Of a stretch of DNA of 64,000 bases, positions 1-11,121 are shown in pieces. The stretch lies in the NCBI GenBank assembly GCA_965197585.1, contig OZ240215.1, positions 2,080,001 through 2,144,000 on the forward strand. Direction: 5' to 3'. Position 1 is the stretch's first letter; each line of letters starts with the position of its first letter. The notes beneath the pieces are model-generated. The model was not told the DNA's origin. It searched no databases and worked only from the letters and a program-made list of their open reading frames with translations. The position numbers and the translations under genes are program-made. The stretch is from Dehalococcoidia bacterium. Lineage in GTDB: Bacteria; Chloroflexota; Dehalococcoidia; Plut-88900.

Positions 1-2
1 AC

Positions 3-335
3 CTTGACATACCGGCAGAGCATTACGCTATGACCCTGGAGAGTCTTCAGCTTCCGGCCAGGATATTCAACTGCCTGGACAGGGAAGGCCTGAAAAGTGT
101 CGGGGAAGTGCTTGAGAAGGGCGAAGATGAGCTGCTCCAGATCAGGAACTTCGGTGAGAAGTCGCTGAGTGAACTGTACGAGGTGCTGATGGACCACGGT
201 GTGGATGTGGCATCCATACTGGCCCAGACCGCCCAGCCCTTTGCACCCCCGACTGCTGAGGTCCCGGAAGAGGCGGAGGAAGAACCCTCTCTGGAAGAAG
301 TGGACGTGCCGGCAACGGTCGAAGGAACCGAATAG
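3..335 (+). CDS. rpoA: RNA polymerase alpha subunit, C-terminal part (5' truncated by window)
   Basis: alpha-CTD motif [14 protein letters not shown]...[14 protein letters not shown]; directly upstream of rplQ. Confidence 0.95.
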   Translation, partial: LDIPAEHYAMTLESLQLPARIFNCLDREGLKSVGEVLEKGEDELLQIRNFGEKSLSELYEVLMDHGVDVASILAQTAQPFAPPTAEVPEEAEEEPSLEEVDVPATVEGTE

Positions 336-345
336 AGACACCAAG

Positions 346-699
346 ATGAGACACAGGAAATCGGGTCGCAAGTTAGGACGCAAGTCGGACCACCGGAAAG
401 CCCTGTACCGGAACCTGGTCACCGACCTGCTTCGCAACGAGCACCTATCAACAACCGAGGCGAAAGCCAAAGAGATCAAGGGCATCGCCGAGAAGATCAT
501 TACCCTCGGCAAGAGGGAAGACCTCCACGCCCGTCGTCAGGCCCTGTCATACGTGGCCGACAAGAAAGTGGTATCCAAGGTCTTCGATGAATTGGGCCCG
601 CGGTTCTCGGAGAGGCCCGGCGGGTACACGCGGATGGTCAAGCTCGGGCCCAGGCTGGGCGACGCAGCGCCAATGGCGCGCCTCGAACTGGTCGAGTAA
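346..699 (+). CDS. rplQ: 50S ribosomal protein L17
   Basis: [20 protein letters not shown]...[22 protein letters not shown]; true start is the ATG at 346, inside the longer ORF. Confidence 0.97.
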   Translation: MRHRKSGRKLGRKSDHRKALYRNLVTDLLRNEHLSTTEAKAKEIKGIAEKIITLGKREDLHARRQALSYVADKKVVSKVFDELGPRFSERPGGYTRMVKLGPRLGDAAPMARLELVE

Positions 700-710
700 T
701 TACATACTGA

Positions 711-1553
711 ATGACACACGCGGAAGCAAATACAACCCAGGGCGGTGGTCTCAGAAGGATCGCTTTGCACCTGGAATATGACGGGACTCGCTACCAGGGG
801 TTCCAGTGGCAGCCCGACGTGCCTACCATCCAGTCCGCACTGGAACTCGCCATTGAGAAGGCAACGGGCGAAAAGGTCAGGGTCTCGTGTGCGGGGCGCA
901 CGGACTCGGGAGTCAATGCTCGCGGCCAGGTAGCCGCATTCCTTATCAGTTCGGAGCTCTCTGCCGAAACTCTGCTTCACGCCCTCAACCATTACCTGGA
1001 TGACGATATTTCAGTGCACCGGGCCGCTGAGGCGGACTTGGGATTCGACCCCCGGCATGATGCCGTGTCCCGACGCTATCACTACTCAATTTTGAACAGC
1101 CCGACACGCTCACCCCTGCTGCGAGGCCTCACGTGCCACGTCAGAGGCAATCTGGACGGAAGCATGATGGATCGGGCAGCCGGGCATCTGGTGGGCTCGC
1201 ACGATTTCGCTTCCTTTTCCAAGGCCCCACAGGTACCTGGTACCTCTACTACCCGCCAGATCATGGAGGCCTCCATCTCAATGCAGGGCACTATGGTGAC
1301 ACTGGCGATGGAAGGCAACGCCTTCCTTACTCACCAAGTGCGGCGCACTGCCGGTGCACTGGTACAGGTGGGACTGGGCCGCATCACCATCGAGGAGTTC
1401 CGAGACCTCGTAGAGAACCCGACACCCGGGACTGCAGGCCCTACCCTGTCTCCCGCGGGTCTGTGCCTGGAAGCCGTTCGGTACCCGGCCCACGCCGACC
1501 CTTTCTTATCTGAAACTATGTTAAAGGCCGAAGTCTCGGCCATGATTAGCTAA
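711..1553 (+). CDS. truA: tRNA pseudouridine(38-40) synthase
   Basis: EYDGTRYQGFQWQ, AGRTDSGVNA, FL.HQVRR motifs; canonical position after rplQ. Confidence 0.95.
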   Translation: MTHAEANTTQGGGLRRIALHLEYDGTRYQGFQWQPDVPTIQSALELAIEKATGEKVRVSCAGRTDSGVNARGQVAAFLISSELSAETLLHALNHYLDDDISVHRAAEADLGFDPRHDAVSRRYHYSILNSPTRSPLLRGLTCHVRGNLDGSMMDRAAGHLVGSHDFASFSKAPQVPGTSTTRQIMEASISMQGTMVTLAMEGNAFLTHQVRRTAGALVQVGLGRITIEEFRDLVENPTPGTAGPTLSPAGLCLEAVRYPAHADPFLSETMLKAEVSAMIS

Positions 1554-1574
1554 CAGCAAAGCGATACTGAAAAA

Positions 1575-2357
1575 ATGGCAACACTTACGAAGAATATAAC
1601 GGCAACGGCAACGGCAAACGACCTTCGGCCCAGATGGCAGGTCCTTGATGCGCAAGGACAGGTTTTGGGTCGGCTGTCCGTGCAGGTGGCCCACCTGCTG
1701 AAGGGCAAGCACAAGCCCAACTACTCGCCCCACATGCTCACCGGCGATTTCGTGATAGTTATCAACGCCGGCAAGGTGCGGGTCACGGGGCGCAAGGCCG
1801 AGCAGAAGGTCTACTACAGCCATTCCCAATACCCCGGCGGGCTAAAGGAAGTGCCCTACGAGAGCATGATGACCAGGCACCCGACCCGGGTGGTGGAACA
1901 CGCCGTGAAAGGCATGCTCCCCCACAACCGGCTGGGCCGACAGATGTTTAGACGTCTGAAGGTCTATGAGGGCGCCGAACATCCCCACGAGTCCCAGGTG
2001 GCGGACAGCCTCAATGCCCTGGAGAAAGATCGCGAAGAGGGCGTCGTATGGCTTGGACTGCCCAAACCGCAGTACAAGAAACGGATTCGCAAGGCAAAGG
2101 AATCCTCCGAAGCTCCGGCCCCGGCCATCGAAGAAGCCCCGGCGGACGCCGTGACACCCGAGGACCCGACCGCAGAAGCAGAACCCGTAACAAGCGACGC
2201 AGAGCCAGTCGTAGAGGCAGAGGACTCGGTGGAAGAAGCCGAGCCAACTGCTGAGATGGCGGACGAGGGAGTCGACTCTGAACCAGTCGCCGAGGTAGAG
2301 GCGGCAGAAGCCTCGGAGACCGAGCCCCCAGAAGAAGATAAGGAGCGGGGCGCTTAG
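1575..2357 (+). CDS. rplM: 50S ribosomal protein L13 with long acidic C-terminal extension
   Basis: LGRLS..VA.LLKGKHKPNYSPH.LTGDFVIVINA, HSQYPGGLK, AVKGMLP; precedes rpsI. Confidence 0.96.
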   Translation: MATLTKNITATATANDLRPRWQVLDAQGQVLGRLSVQVAHLLKGKHKPNYSPHMLTGDFVIVINAGKVRVTGRKAEQKVYYSHSQYPGGLKEVPYESMMTRHPTRVVEHAVKGMLPHNRLGRQMFRRLKVYEGAEHPHESQVADSLNALEKDREEGVVWLGLPKPQYKKRIRKAKESSEAPAPAIEEAPADAVTPEDPTAEAEPVTSDAEPVVEAEDSVEEAEPTAEMADEGVDSEPVAEVEAAEASETEPPEEDKERGA

Positions 2358-2373
2358 CCCCCGGGAGAGGCCG

Positions 2374-2769
2374 TTGACAGAACAAAGATATTTCTACGCC
2401 ATTGGCAAACGCAAAGAGGCCGTGGCCCGAGTCAGATTGTTCCCCGGCAACGGTGCAATAGTCGTCAATGGCAAGCCCATGAACGAATTGTTCACACTCC
2501 GGACGCTCCAGCAGGTCATTCATGAGCCATTCGCAACAACCGGCCTCACCAACAACTACAGCGTTTCGGTAAAGGTGGCCGGTGGCGGTATAGCGGGACA
2601 AGCCCACGCCATCAGACACGGCATATCCCGCGCCCTCCTGGTCGCCAACGAAGAACTGAGGCCCGTGCTCCGCAAGGCCGGCCTCCTGACTCGGGACGCC
2701 CGCGTCAAGGAACGTAAGAAGTACGGCCTTAAGAGAGCCCGAAAGGCGCCTCAGTACACGAAGCGGTAA
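2374..2769 (+). CDS. rpsI: 30S ribosomal protein S9
   Basis: GKRKEAVARVRL...GGG..GQA.AIRHGISRAL...ERKKYGLKRARKAPQYTKR. Confidence 0.97.
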   Translation: MTEQRYFYAIGKRKEAVARVRLFPGNGAIVVNGKPMNELFTLRTLQQVIHEPFATTGLTNNYSVSVKVAGGGIAGQAHAIRHGISRALLVANEELRPVLRKAGLLTRDARVKERKKYGLKRARKAPQYTKR

Positions 2770-2793
2770 CGTATAAAAAGCCTGGAAACGAAG

Positions 2794-2831
2794 GGACGGC
2801 CCGACGCATGCGTCGGGCCGTCCTCTTTTTT
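2794..2831 (+). terminator. Intrinsic terminator of the ribosomal protein operon
   Basis: Perfect palindrome ggacggcccgacgcatgcgtcgggccgtcc followed by a T-run, right after rpsI. Confidence 0.8.
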
Positions 2832-2872
2832 ACAAATGGCGCCGTTGGCGAGGATTAGCTCCTCAGGTACGG

Positions 2873-3283
2873 TTAGCGGAAGTTGTTTCTGAGGGCCTCC
2901 AGGGCCGCAACACAACAGGCGACGTCCTGCTCATTCGAAGCGCCTGCAGCGGCTATTCCACCCACCACCTCTCCGCCAATCTCTATGGGCATTTCACCGT
3001 CTGCGGGGACTATCTTGCCCTGGGTAGAGATAACCATGCTCTGAAACCAGGGCCTGCCTACCATTGTCATTATCTTGGCTCCTTCCGCCCCGAACATGAC
3101 CGCCGTATAGGCCATGTTTATCGCTTCGTCGGCGGACAGGGGCAAGGCGCCGTCCATTCTGGAGACAGTTAGGGTGTATCCCCCATTGTCTACTACGGCT
3201 ACACTCACGGAGCAGCCCATTGCAACGGCCTTGGCCTTGGCGGCATCTGCCATCTTCTCGGCTACATCAAGGGATAGCGGCAT
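2873..3283 (-). CDS. GlcG/HbpS family heme-binding protein
   Basis: SVAVVD.GG...RMDGA, G.VVGGIAAAGA..EQD..C pattern; 136 aa. Confidence 0.85.
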   Translation of the reverse strand: MPLSLDVAEKMADAAKAKAVAMGCSVSVAVVDNGGYTLTVSRMDGALPLSADEAINMAYTAVMFGAEGAKIMTMVGRPWFQSMVISTQGKIVPADGEMPIEIGGEVVGGIAAAGASNEQDVACCVAALEALRNNFR

Positions 3284-3356
3284 ATATCATCCCTCCTCTA
3301 AGTTTCCTGTAAGAATATCAGGACACGGGGTGCTATGTTGTAGCGACTTGGTGTAT

Positions 3357-4550
3357 TTATCCTCGGGGCAGTCCGAGGCCTCTACGGGCAATGATCCCCC
3401 GCTGTATCTCCGAGGTTCCACCTGCTATGGTCTGCGATATCGAAAGCAAATAGTCCCTTTGGAACCGGCCTTTGAACACTTCCCACGCCGACCCGGGGCC
3501 CAGTTGACCGTGGAGGCCGAGCACCCACAATATAGTATTGGCAAGCTTCTGGGCGCTCTCGGTTAGGATTAACTTGCACATCGAGGCTTCGGCGTTGGGC
3601 ACGAGGCCTTGGCCCTGCATCGAGGCCACCCGGTACGCCATCCATCGACCCACCTCTATGTTTATGGCCGCATCTGCCAGCCTGTTCCTGACGGACTCAT
3701 CCGCATTCAATGCCGGTCTTCGAGACCCGGACCTGCCGAGGTGAGCGGCTATTTCGTCCAGGTGACGCCTCTGGATCGCAGCGTCTCTTATGTGCGATCT
3801 TTCGAAATCCAGGGCCACGGCCACGTAGTACCAGCCCATGTTCTCTTCGCCCACCAGGTTGGCCTTGGGCACCCGGACGTTTTCGAAGAATATCTCGTTG
3901 AAGTGATGAGAATTGGCCATATTCACGATTGGGTCGATAGTGACGCCCGGCGTCTTTAGGTCCACCAGTACCAGGCTTATCCCCTTGTGCTTGGGCGCCG
4001 AGGGATCCGTGCGAACGGCGAGCCAGCACCAATCCATCGCGTGGCCGCCGCTGTTCCATGTCTTTTGCCCATTGACCACGTAGTGGTCTCCATCAGAGAG
4101 GGCCTCCGTCTGCAGAGAGGCGAGGTCGGATCCCGAGTCAGGCTCGCTGTATCCCGTGCACCAGAACCTTTCCCCTGCGCCTATGTAGGGGATTTGCTCC
4201 TTCTTCTGCTCCTCGGTGCCATAAATCATCAGCGTGGGCCCGACCCAACCTATCCCCCCGACTCCCATGTCCAGGGTGGCTGGAGGGACCATGTTGTAGG
4301 CCATCTCTTCCTGGTAGACGACCTGCTCCATCATCGGGCGGTCCTGACCTCCGTATTCCTTGGGCCAGGCCAGGGTCAGCCAACCCTTGTTAGCCAGGGT
4401 CTTGGCCATGCGTCGGGTGAACTCCAGGCCTTCGCCTTCGTACTCGTCGCCTTCCTCCAGCCCCTCCCAGTCGTCGGGCAGCTCCTGTTTAAGGAAACCT
4501 CTTATCTCCTGGCGGAACGCCTCTTCCTTTTGCGTGAAGGCTAACTTCAT
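3357..4550 (-). CDS. Acyl-CoA dehydrogenase family protein
   Basis: WPKEYGG, GYSEPDSGSDLASL, NGQKTW.S, TIAGGTSEIQR. Confidence 0.93.
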   Translation of the reverse strand: MKLAFTQKEEAFRQEIRGFLKQELPDDWEGLEEGDEYEGEGLEFTRRMAKTLANKGWLTLAWPKEYGGQDRPMMEQVVYQEEMAYNMVPPATLDMGVGGIGWVGPTLMIYGTEEQKKEQIPYIGAGERFWCTGYSEPDSGSDLASLQTEALSDGDHYVVNGQKTWNSGGHAMDWCWLAVRTDPSAPKHKGISLVLVDLKTPGVTIDPIVNMANSHHFNEIFFENVRVPKANLVGEENMGWYYVAVALDFERSHIRDAAIQRRHLDEIAAHLGRSGSRRPALNADESVRNRLADAAINIEVGRWMAYRVASMQGQGLVPNAEASMCKLILTESAQKLANTILWVLGLHGQLGPGSAWEVFKGRFQRDYLLSISQTIAGGTSEIQRGIIARRGLGLPRG

Positions 4551-4584
4551 GGCTCCTCCGTCCGGGTCTACACGGTGTTAACTG

Positions 4585-5640
4585 CTAGCTTTCCTCGATC
4601 ATTGCTTTCAGGGCGTTAATGCGGGGTACGGGAGAAGGGTCTGCGCCGTATAGCAGGCCCAGATAGTAGCTAGCGTAGTCTCCCAACACCGTCAGGCTCA
4701 TTATTTGTGCCAAGACTGACTCCCCTTCCGCCTCCACAACACTCTGCCCGACCCCGCTCCTTCTCAGAAGCTCGACAATGCCGTCATAGGTGGACTGGAG
4801 GCGCTCATCCACGGCATTAGCGCCCAAGAGGACAACGTGGGTCTGATCAGAGACATTGCCGGGCCTTTCCAGGCCCTCGACCGCATTGTGACCCGCTTCC
4901 GGCAGCATTTCGTAGAATGCCCAAGACTTGCCGTTTTCGTTGAGTTGGGTCTTCCATCGCCGGGCTACGCAGTTGAATATATCACCGGCGTAGACCACAA
5001 TCAAATTCTCCATCAACTGCCATGCCAGCGTCTTGGCGGGGTTATCCTCTGTCGGGGTGGACTCTGAATACTGCTCCGAAAGCCGTTCGATCAGCTCAAT
5101 GGCCTCCTCGACGTCCGACCCAAGGTTTTCGACCAACTCAAGCCTGTTCATGCAGGACAGGAGTGTGAAGAGGCAATAGCCAAGCGCAGCGCGAGGCTCG
5201 GAGACTATGTCAATGGCGTAGACCGGTATACCGTACTCCGCCGCCGTCTCCTCCAACCGACCTCCCCCCGTCACAGCCACCTTACACCCCGACAACCCAA
5301 GATCGAAGGCCGAGAGTGTCTCCTCGGTGTTGCCTGAGTAGCTTGACCCGATGACAAGGGTCTCATCGTCGAGCGGACTGGGATACTCGAAGCCGCGAAA
5401 CACCTCCACCGGAGGGCCGCCTGCCTGCACGACTACCGTCTGAAGATAGTCGGCCGCTATGGCTGATCCACCCATGCCGAAATGCACTACGCGGTCCACG
5501 TGTCTGTAGCTCTCCGGCAGGTCCGGCACAGGCATGGTATTCCATCCCCTGCGGCACTGCTCGGCCATGGTTCGCAGCCGGATCCGCAGCCTTGATTGGT
5601 CAAGGACGTCGTAGATTCCGTGGTCGTCCAGGTCTATCAT
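4585..5640 (-). CDS. Bifunctional phosphoglucose/phosphomannose isomerase
   Basis: GMGGSAI, SYSGNTEETL, RWKTQLNENGK, PEAGHN. Confidence 0.92.
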   Translation of the reverse strand: MIDLDDHGIYDVLDQSRLRIRLRTMAEQCRRGWNTMPVPDLPESYRHVDRVVHFGMGGSAIAADYLQTVVVQAGGPPVEVFRGFEYPSPLDDETLVIGSSYSGNTEETLSAFDLGLSGCKVAVTGGGRLEETAAEYGIPVYAIDIVSEPRAALGYCLFTLLSCMNRLELVENLGSDVEEAIELIERLSEQYSESTPTEDNPAKTLAWQLMENLIVVYAGDIFNCVARRWKTQLNENGKSWAFYEMLPEAGHNAVEGLERPGNVSDQTHVVLLGANAVDERLQSTYDGIVELLRRSGVGQSVVEAEGESVLAQIMSLTVLGDYASYYLGLLYGADPSPVPRINALKAMIEES

Positions 5641-5642
5641 CG

Positions 5643-7070
5643 TTATACGGAGGCCAGGGCTCGACCGGCGTTCAGAAGTCGGTCAACGGCCTCCATGCTC
5701 CTGCTTTCAGCGTAAATTCTCATTAAGGGCTCGGTGCCCGAGAAACGGAACAGGAGCCAGCTCCCATCCTCGAACTCGAAGCGGGGCCCGTCCGTCCTGT
5801 CCAGCCGGGACACGGGCATTCCAGCTATGGAGTCGGGCTGTGCATTTGCTATCCGCTCCCTGGCCTGCTCTTTGGCAGCACCTGCGATGGGGATATCCAC
5901 GCGGTCATAATGGTGCGGCCCGACAAGATCATAAAGGTCACCAATTAGCTGTGATACCGTCCTGCCGGTCTGGGCCAGGAGGTCCAGTATGTAGAGGGAG
6001 GCCAAGATCCCGTCCCGCTCCGGGACGTGGCCGCGGAAACCGAATCCTCCGCTTTCCTCTCCTCCGATCAGGGCGTCTTCCGCCATCATCTTCGGCCCGA
6101 TGTGCTTGAAGCCGACCGCGGTCTCGTGGACGGGTACGCCGTACCGTTCTCCCAGCCGGTCTATCATCCTGGTTGTGGTGATGGACTTGATCATCGGGCC
6201 CCTCTCCCCCAGCACCTCCAGGAGATAGTAGGCCAGCAGCCCGAAAATCTGGAGGGGCGTGAGGATGTTTCCATACTCGTCGGCAACGCCGACCCTGTCG
6301 GCATCTCCGTCGGTGGCTAGGCCCACGTCGGCATCGGTCTTTCTGACCTGGACCCTCAGTTTGGCAAGGTTTCGGGCTATAGGTTCCGGCTGCCCGAGCC
6401 CCGGGAAAAGGGGGTTGCGGGTACGGTGTATCTCACTCACCCTTGCCGAGCCTCCGCCAACAATTCGCTTGACGTAGCCGATGCCCGCCCCGTACATCGA
6501 GTCCACGGCCACCCCCAACCCCGACTCCTGTAGCCTATCCAGATCTACCAGTGTTGCGACGTGGCGTTCGTACGCGGGCACGAGGTCCACTGTCTCGATT
6601 AGGCAATCAGCGTTCGTGTCTTCTGTGTTGAGCTTGGGCACGCCGCCCCGCCCTTGTATATCGGCGATTATGGATTCCAGGTTCGCGGTTATCTCGGGAG
6701 TGGCACTTCCTGCGTATTCAGGCTTGAACTTGAAACCGTTCCATCCAGCAGGATTGTGACTGGCCGTAATGACTACCGCCCCGGCCGCTTCCCTGTCCAT
6801 GACTGCGTAGCTGGCGACGGGGGTCGGCACGGCAGAGATACTGAGATAGGCACGGATGCCGTTGGCGGCAAGGACTCCTGCCACGTCGTAGGCGAAGCGC
6901 TCGGAGAGGAATCGGGTATCGTACCCGACCACCACCCCCCGCCCCCCGAGTCCCCTGCCCTTAACGTATTCCGCAACGGCTTGCGCGCAGATCCGGACGT
7001 TGGAAAAGGTGAAATCGTCGGCGATGAGGCCACGCCAACCGTCGGTCCCAAATTTAATCTCGCCCGGCAT
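5643..7070 (-). CDS. Phosphoglucomutase/phosphomannomutase
   Basis: FGTDGWRG, TASHNP, DGDADR, GGEESGG, RFSGTEP. Confidence 0.95.
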   Translation of the reverse strand: MPGEIKFGTDGWRGLIADDFTFSNVRICAQAVAEYVKGRGLGGRGVVVGYDTRFLSERFAYDVAGVLAANGIRAYLSISAVPTPVASYAVMDREAAGAVVITASHNPAGWNGFKFKPEYAGSATPEITANLESIIADIQGRGGVPKLNTEDTNADCLIETVDLVPAYERHVATLVDLDRLQESGLGVAVDSMYGAGIGYVKRIVGGGSARVSEIHRTRNPLFPGLGQPEPIARNLAKLRVQVRKTDADVGLATDGDADRVGVADEYGNILTPLQIFGLLAYYLLEVLGERGPMIKSITTTRMIDRLGERYGVPVHETAVGFKHIGPKMMAEDALIGGEESGGFGFRGHVPERDGILASLYILDLLAQTGRTVSQLIGDLYDLVGPHHYDRVDIPIAGAAKEQARERIANAQPDSIAGMPVSRLDRTDGPRFEFEDGSWLLFRFSGTEPLMRIYAESRSMEAVDRLLNAGRALASV

Positions 7071-7126
7071 CTACCAGATTGTACCCCAGCAGAGCGTTGC
7101 CGGACGATTCGAGGGAGTTATGTCTG

Positions 7127-8368
7127 CTAACCCGCCTGTACCTGGCCCCGTGTCCCGGCATCGGCCATCAGAGCCTCGGCCTTGTCGGTGTGCTCCCAGG
7201 GCAGATCCAAGTCTAAACGCCCGAAGTGGCCGTAGGCGGCAGTGGGTCGGTAGATGGGACGCCGAAGGTCCAGCATCTCGATAATGGCCGCTGGCCTGAG
7301 ATCGAAGTGCTTTTTGGTGAGCTCCATGATCAGGTCATCGGGGACTTTGCCCGTGCCAAAGGTCTCGACGGCTACGGAAATGGGGTGAGCAACGCCGATG
7401 GCGTAGGAGAGCTGCACTTCCAGCCTGTCCGCGAGTCCCGCGGCGACCAGGTTCTTGGCAACGTAGCGGGCAGCGTAGCTGGCGGAGCGGTCAACCTTGG
7501 TCGGGTCCTTGCCTGAGAAGGCGCCGCCACCGTGTCGGGCCACACCGCCGTAGGTATCGACAATAATTTTCCGTCCGGTGAGCCCCGCATCCCCCATCGG
7601 CCCGCCGACTACGAAGCGCCCCGTGGGATTCACGTGGTACTTCGTGTTAGCGTCCAGCAGGTCGGCCGGTATGACTTTCATAACGACGTTCTCAATAAGG
7701 TCGCTCTCAATTTGTGAGTGAGTTGCATTGGGGTCATGCTGGGAGCTGAGGACAACCGTGTCGACCCTTACGGGTACGCCATAGCGATACTCGACGGTAA
7801 CCTGTGACTTTCCGTCGGGGCGGAGGTAGGGAAGGGTGCCATCCTTGCGTATGGCGGCCATTTGGCGGCAGAGCTTGTGCGCCAAGGAGATCGTCATGGG
7901 CATCAGCTCAGGAGTGTCGTTGCAGGCGAAGCCGATCATCATACCCTGGTCCCCAGCCCCGATGAGGTCGAAGTTGTGGCTCTCTTGGACGGGGAGCTCC
8001 TGCTCCTTTGCCTCCAGCGAGCGGTTGACACCCAGGGCAATATCACCCGACTGCTCCTTAATGGAGACGATAACACCACAGGTCTCGTAGTCGAAGCCGT
8101 ACTTGGCCCGGGTGTAGCCCGCGTCCCGAATCACGTCCCGGGCGATAGCGGGAATGTCGACATAGGAATTGGTGGTGATCTCTCCGGCGATTAGTACGAG
8201 TCCGGTGGTAGTTGCCGTCTCGCATGCCACGCGCCCCTGAGGGTCTTGGGCCAGGATCGCGTCCAGGACTCCGTCGGAAATCTGGTCGCACAGTTTGTCG
8301 GGGTGGCCTTCGGTGACTGACTCCGAGGTAAGCATGTAGGACTCGGAAGTCATCAGGGTTGTGCTCAA
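7127..8368 (-). CDS. metK: S-adenosylmethionine synthetase
   Basis: [33 protein letters not shown]. Confidence 0.97.
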   Translation of the reverse strand: MSTTLMTSESYMLTSESVTEGHPDKLCDQISDGVLDAILAQDPQGRVACETATTTGLVLIAGEITTNSYVDIPAIARDVIRDAGYTRAKYGFDYETCGVIVSIKEQSGDIALGVNRSLEAKEQELPVQESHNFDLIGAGDQGMMIGFACNDTPELMPMTISLAHKLCRQMAAIRKDGTLPYLRPDGKSQVTVEYRYGVPVRVDTVVLSSQHDPNATHSQIESDLIENVVMKVIPADLLDANTKYHVNPTGRFVVGGPMGDAGLTGRKIIVDTYGGVARHGGGAFSGKDPTKVDRSASYAARYVAKNLVAAGLADRLEVQLSYAIGVAHPISVAVETFGTGKVPDDLIMELTKKHFDLRPAAIIEMLDLRRPIYRPTAAYGHFGRLDLDLPWEHTDKAEALMADAGTRGQVQAG

Positions 8369-8414
8369 TATATTCTCCTTGGCTCTTTAATGTGATTGCG
8401 TGATCAGGAGACGA

Positions 8415-9680
8415 TCAAGTCCCCGACTCCCAGCTGTTGGCGTACTTCACCTGTTCCTCGGTCAGCTCGTCAATCTGAATGCCCATGGATAGGAGCTTAA
8501 GACGGCCGACCTGCTGGTCGATCTCCCGGGGCACGGGGTGGACTCCCGGCCCGAGGCTCCCCGCCGACTTGACCATGTATTCCGCACAAAGGGCCTGGTT
8601 GGCGAAGCTCATGTCCATAACGCTTGCCGGGTGCCCCTCTGCGGCGGCGAGGTTAATCAACCTGCCCTCGGCGAGAAGGTGCACCCGTCGGCCGTCGGGG
8701 AAGGTGTACTCTCGGACCACGCCCCTGATATCCCGCTGTCCTACGGACAACTCCTCCAGGGCTTCCACGTTTATCTCAACATTGAAGTGGCCGCTGTTGG
8801 CTACCAGGGCCCCGTCCTTGATCACGGCCAGGTGTTGCGTATCAATAGCCCGGTAGCCGCCTGTAACGGTTACGAAGATGTCCCCTACCCTGGCCGCATC
8901 CATCATCGGCATGACTTGGTAGCCGTCCATCACGGCCTCCAAGGCCTTGATGGGGTCCACCTCCGCCACCACGACCCGGGACCCGAGTCCTCGGGCCCGG
9001 CTGGCTATTCCCCGGCCGCACCATCCGTAGCCGCATACCACCAGGGTCTTGCCGGCGAAAAGGACGTTGGTAGCCCGGATAATTCCGTCCAGGGTACTCT
9101 GGCCGGTGCCGTAGCGGTTGTCGAACATGTGCTTGGTGTCGGCTTCATTGACGCTGATGACGGGGTAGAGCAGCTTGCCGTCGGAAGCCATGTTCCTGAG
9201 GCGGATAACGCCTGTGGTGGTCTCTTCCATCCCGCCGACCATACCATCGAGCAGCTCGGTCCTGTCACGGTGTACGGTTGCAACCAGGTCGGCGCCATCG
9301 TCGAGGGTCATGTGGGGTTTGAGGTCAAGGGCAGAGTTGAGGTGGTTGTAATACAGATCCTCGTCCTCACCTCGGACGGCGAAGACAGGTATGCCATGAT
9401 TGACGACCAGAGACGCAGCGACGTCGTCCTGGGTGCTGAGAGGGTTGCTGGCGCAAAGGGCGACCTGTGCTCCCCCCTCCTTGAGAGTCAGAATCAGGTT
9501 GGAGGTCTCGGTGGTGACGTGAAGACAGGCCGCGATCCGCATCCCTTCCAGGGGTTTCTCCTTGGAAAAGCGTTCCTGGATTCTGCGGAGGACGGGCATC
9601 TCCCGGGCCGCCCAGTCCATGTGGTCCTGGCCCTCGACGGCGCGGCCCGCGTCTTTGATGTCAGATGCTATTGTTGCCAT
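8415..9680 (-). CDS. ahcY: Adenosylhomocysteinase
   Basis: [44 protein letters not shown]. Confidence 0.97.
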   Translation of the reverse strand: MATIASDIKDAGRAVEGQDHMDWAAREMPVLRRIQERFSKEKPLEGMRIAACLHVTTETSNLILTLKEGGAQVALCASNPLSTQDDVAASLVVNHGIPVFAVRGEDEDLYYNHLNSALDLKPHMTLDDGADLVATVHRDRTELLDGMVGGMEETTTGVIRLRNMASDGKLLYPVISVNEADTKHMFDNRYGTGQSTLDGIIRATNVLFAGKTLVVCGYGWCGRGIASRARGLGSRVVVAEVDPIKALEAVMDGYQVMPMMDAARVGDIFVTVTGGYRAIDTQHLAVIKDGALVANSGHFNVEINVEALEELSVGQRDIRGVVREYTFPDGRRVHLLAEGRLINLAAAEGHPASVMDMSFANQALCAEYMVKSAGSLGPGVHPVPREIDQQVGRLKLLSMGIQIDELTEEQVKYANSWESGT

Positions 9681-9782
9681 GGGGCGTTAAGGCTCTCTTT
9701 CTGAAGTTGCTGGAAGTAAGGTGCGGGAGTCGGGCGCAAAGGAGGCGCGCTAACACCGAATGGCGAGGAAGAAGCGAGCCTC

Positions 9783-10130
9783 TTATTCGATCGGGTAACC
9801 GTCATCCGCCCAGGCTCCGGTCCCGCCTTCTATGTTGTACAGATTCGTGTATTCGAAAGCGGCGGCCATCTCGCAAGCCAGGGCGCTGCGTACTCCCATG
9901 GCGCAAATGAAGAGAAGTTTCTTGTCTCCGTCCAACTCGTCCATTCTGGTAAACAGATCATCGACTGGAATGAGAGTTGCGCCGGGCACGTGCCCCGCGT
10001 CCCACTCGTCCTGGTTCCGCACGTCTATGAGTTGGACGTTGTCGTCAGCTAACATTTCACTGGCAGCTTTGGGGGTGATCCTGGTAAAGGGCTCGCCCTC
10101 TTCCTGCCAAACGTCTTGTCCCGAAGCCAT
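9783..10130 (-). CDS. Single-domain rhodanese
   Basis: IDVR..EW.AGHVPGA, C..G.RS active-site loop, GG..AW. Confidence 0.9.
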   Translation of the reverse strand: MASGQDVWQEEGEPFTRITPKAASEMLADDNVQLIDVRNQDEWDAGHVPGATLIPVDDLFTRMDELDGDKKLLFICAMGVRSALACEMAAAFEYTNLYNIEGGTGAWADDGYPIE

Positions 10131-10240
10131 TTAGCCCTCCCGGCCTCAACTATCCGCCCCGGCAATTCCGGGGCCCGTGGTTCGATCTAACAGTTTAACG
10201 CCTGAGGGGTGCAAAGGCCAGAAACAGGCAGTCTTCGGGC

Positions 10241-11101
10241 TCACAAATACTTCCCTATCAAGGGCGCGAGGTCCGATTTCACCTGCTCCGGTATCGCTTC
10301 TCGGGCGGTTATGATTGCGTTTTGCAAGGCGCTGGGGCACACACACTTCTCCCGACCCGGCACGTCCGACATGAGCCGCCTGACTATCTCTTGCCCAGCC
10401 GCTACATTCTTCAATAGGTTGGATACGACTAACTCGACCGACACCGAGTCATGGTCCGGGTGCCAGGTGTCGAAGTCCGTAACGCAGGCGAGAGTGGCAT
10501 AGCAGATCTCAGCCTCTCGGGCCAGTTTGGCCTCAGGCAGAGCGGTCATCCCAATGATCGACGCACCCCACGACCGGTACAGCTCGCTCTCTGCTCGCGT
10601 CGAGAATAGGGGCCCCTCCATGACTATCAAGCTCCCATCCATGTGAGCCCGGGCCGCGGTCCCTTTAGCTACACCATAAAGCGCGCTGCTCAGGCTCGGA
10701 CAGAAGGGGTTGGAGAAGGCAACGTGGGCCACTATCCCCTCACCGAAGAAGCTGTTCACCCGGCTCTTTGTCCTGTCGATAATCTGGTCTGGTATTACCA
10801 TATCCAGGGGATGCAGTTCTTCTTTCAGGCTGCCCACTGCACTCACCGAGACGATATGGGTCACTCCCAAAGTCTTCAGTGCGAATATGTTGGCTCTGGC
10901 CGGTATCTCCTCGGGGCTGATGCGGTGTCCCTTGCCGTGCCGAGGCAAAAACGCCACCCGACGCCCCTCCAGCGTCCCGACGGTTATCGCGTCGCTGGGA
11001 CTGCCGAACGGAGTCTCGATGTTGACCTCTTCTCTGTCGAGAAGGGCCTCCATATCGTAGAGCCCGCTGCCTCCGATTATTCCTATAGATGCTTCAGTCA
11101 T
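10241..11101 (-). CDS. mtnP: S-methyl-5'-thioadenosine phosphorylase
   Basis: IGIIGGSGLY, RHG.GH, MEGP.FSTRAES, GMT.LPEAKLAREAEI. Confidence 0.95.
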   Translation of the reverse strand: MTEASIGIIGGSGLYDMEALLDREEVNIETPFGSPSDAITVGTLEGRRVAFLPRHGKGHRISPEEIPARANIFALKTLGVTHIVSVSAVGSLKEELHPLDMVIPDQIIDRTKSRVNSFFGEGIVAHVAFSNPFCPSLSSALYGVAKGTAARAHMDGSLIVMEGPLFSTRAESELYRSWGASIIGMTALPEAKLAREAEICYATLACVTDFDTWHPDHDSVSVELVVSNLLKNVAAGQEIVRRLMSDVPGREKCVCPSALQNAIITAREAIPEQVKSDLAPLIGKYL

Positions 11102-11121
11102 ATTGAATTTCTATCGAACGC

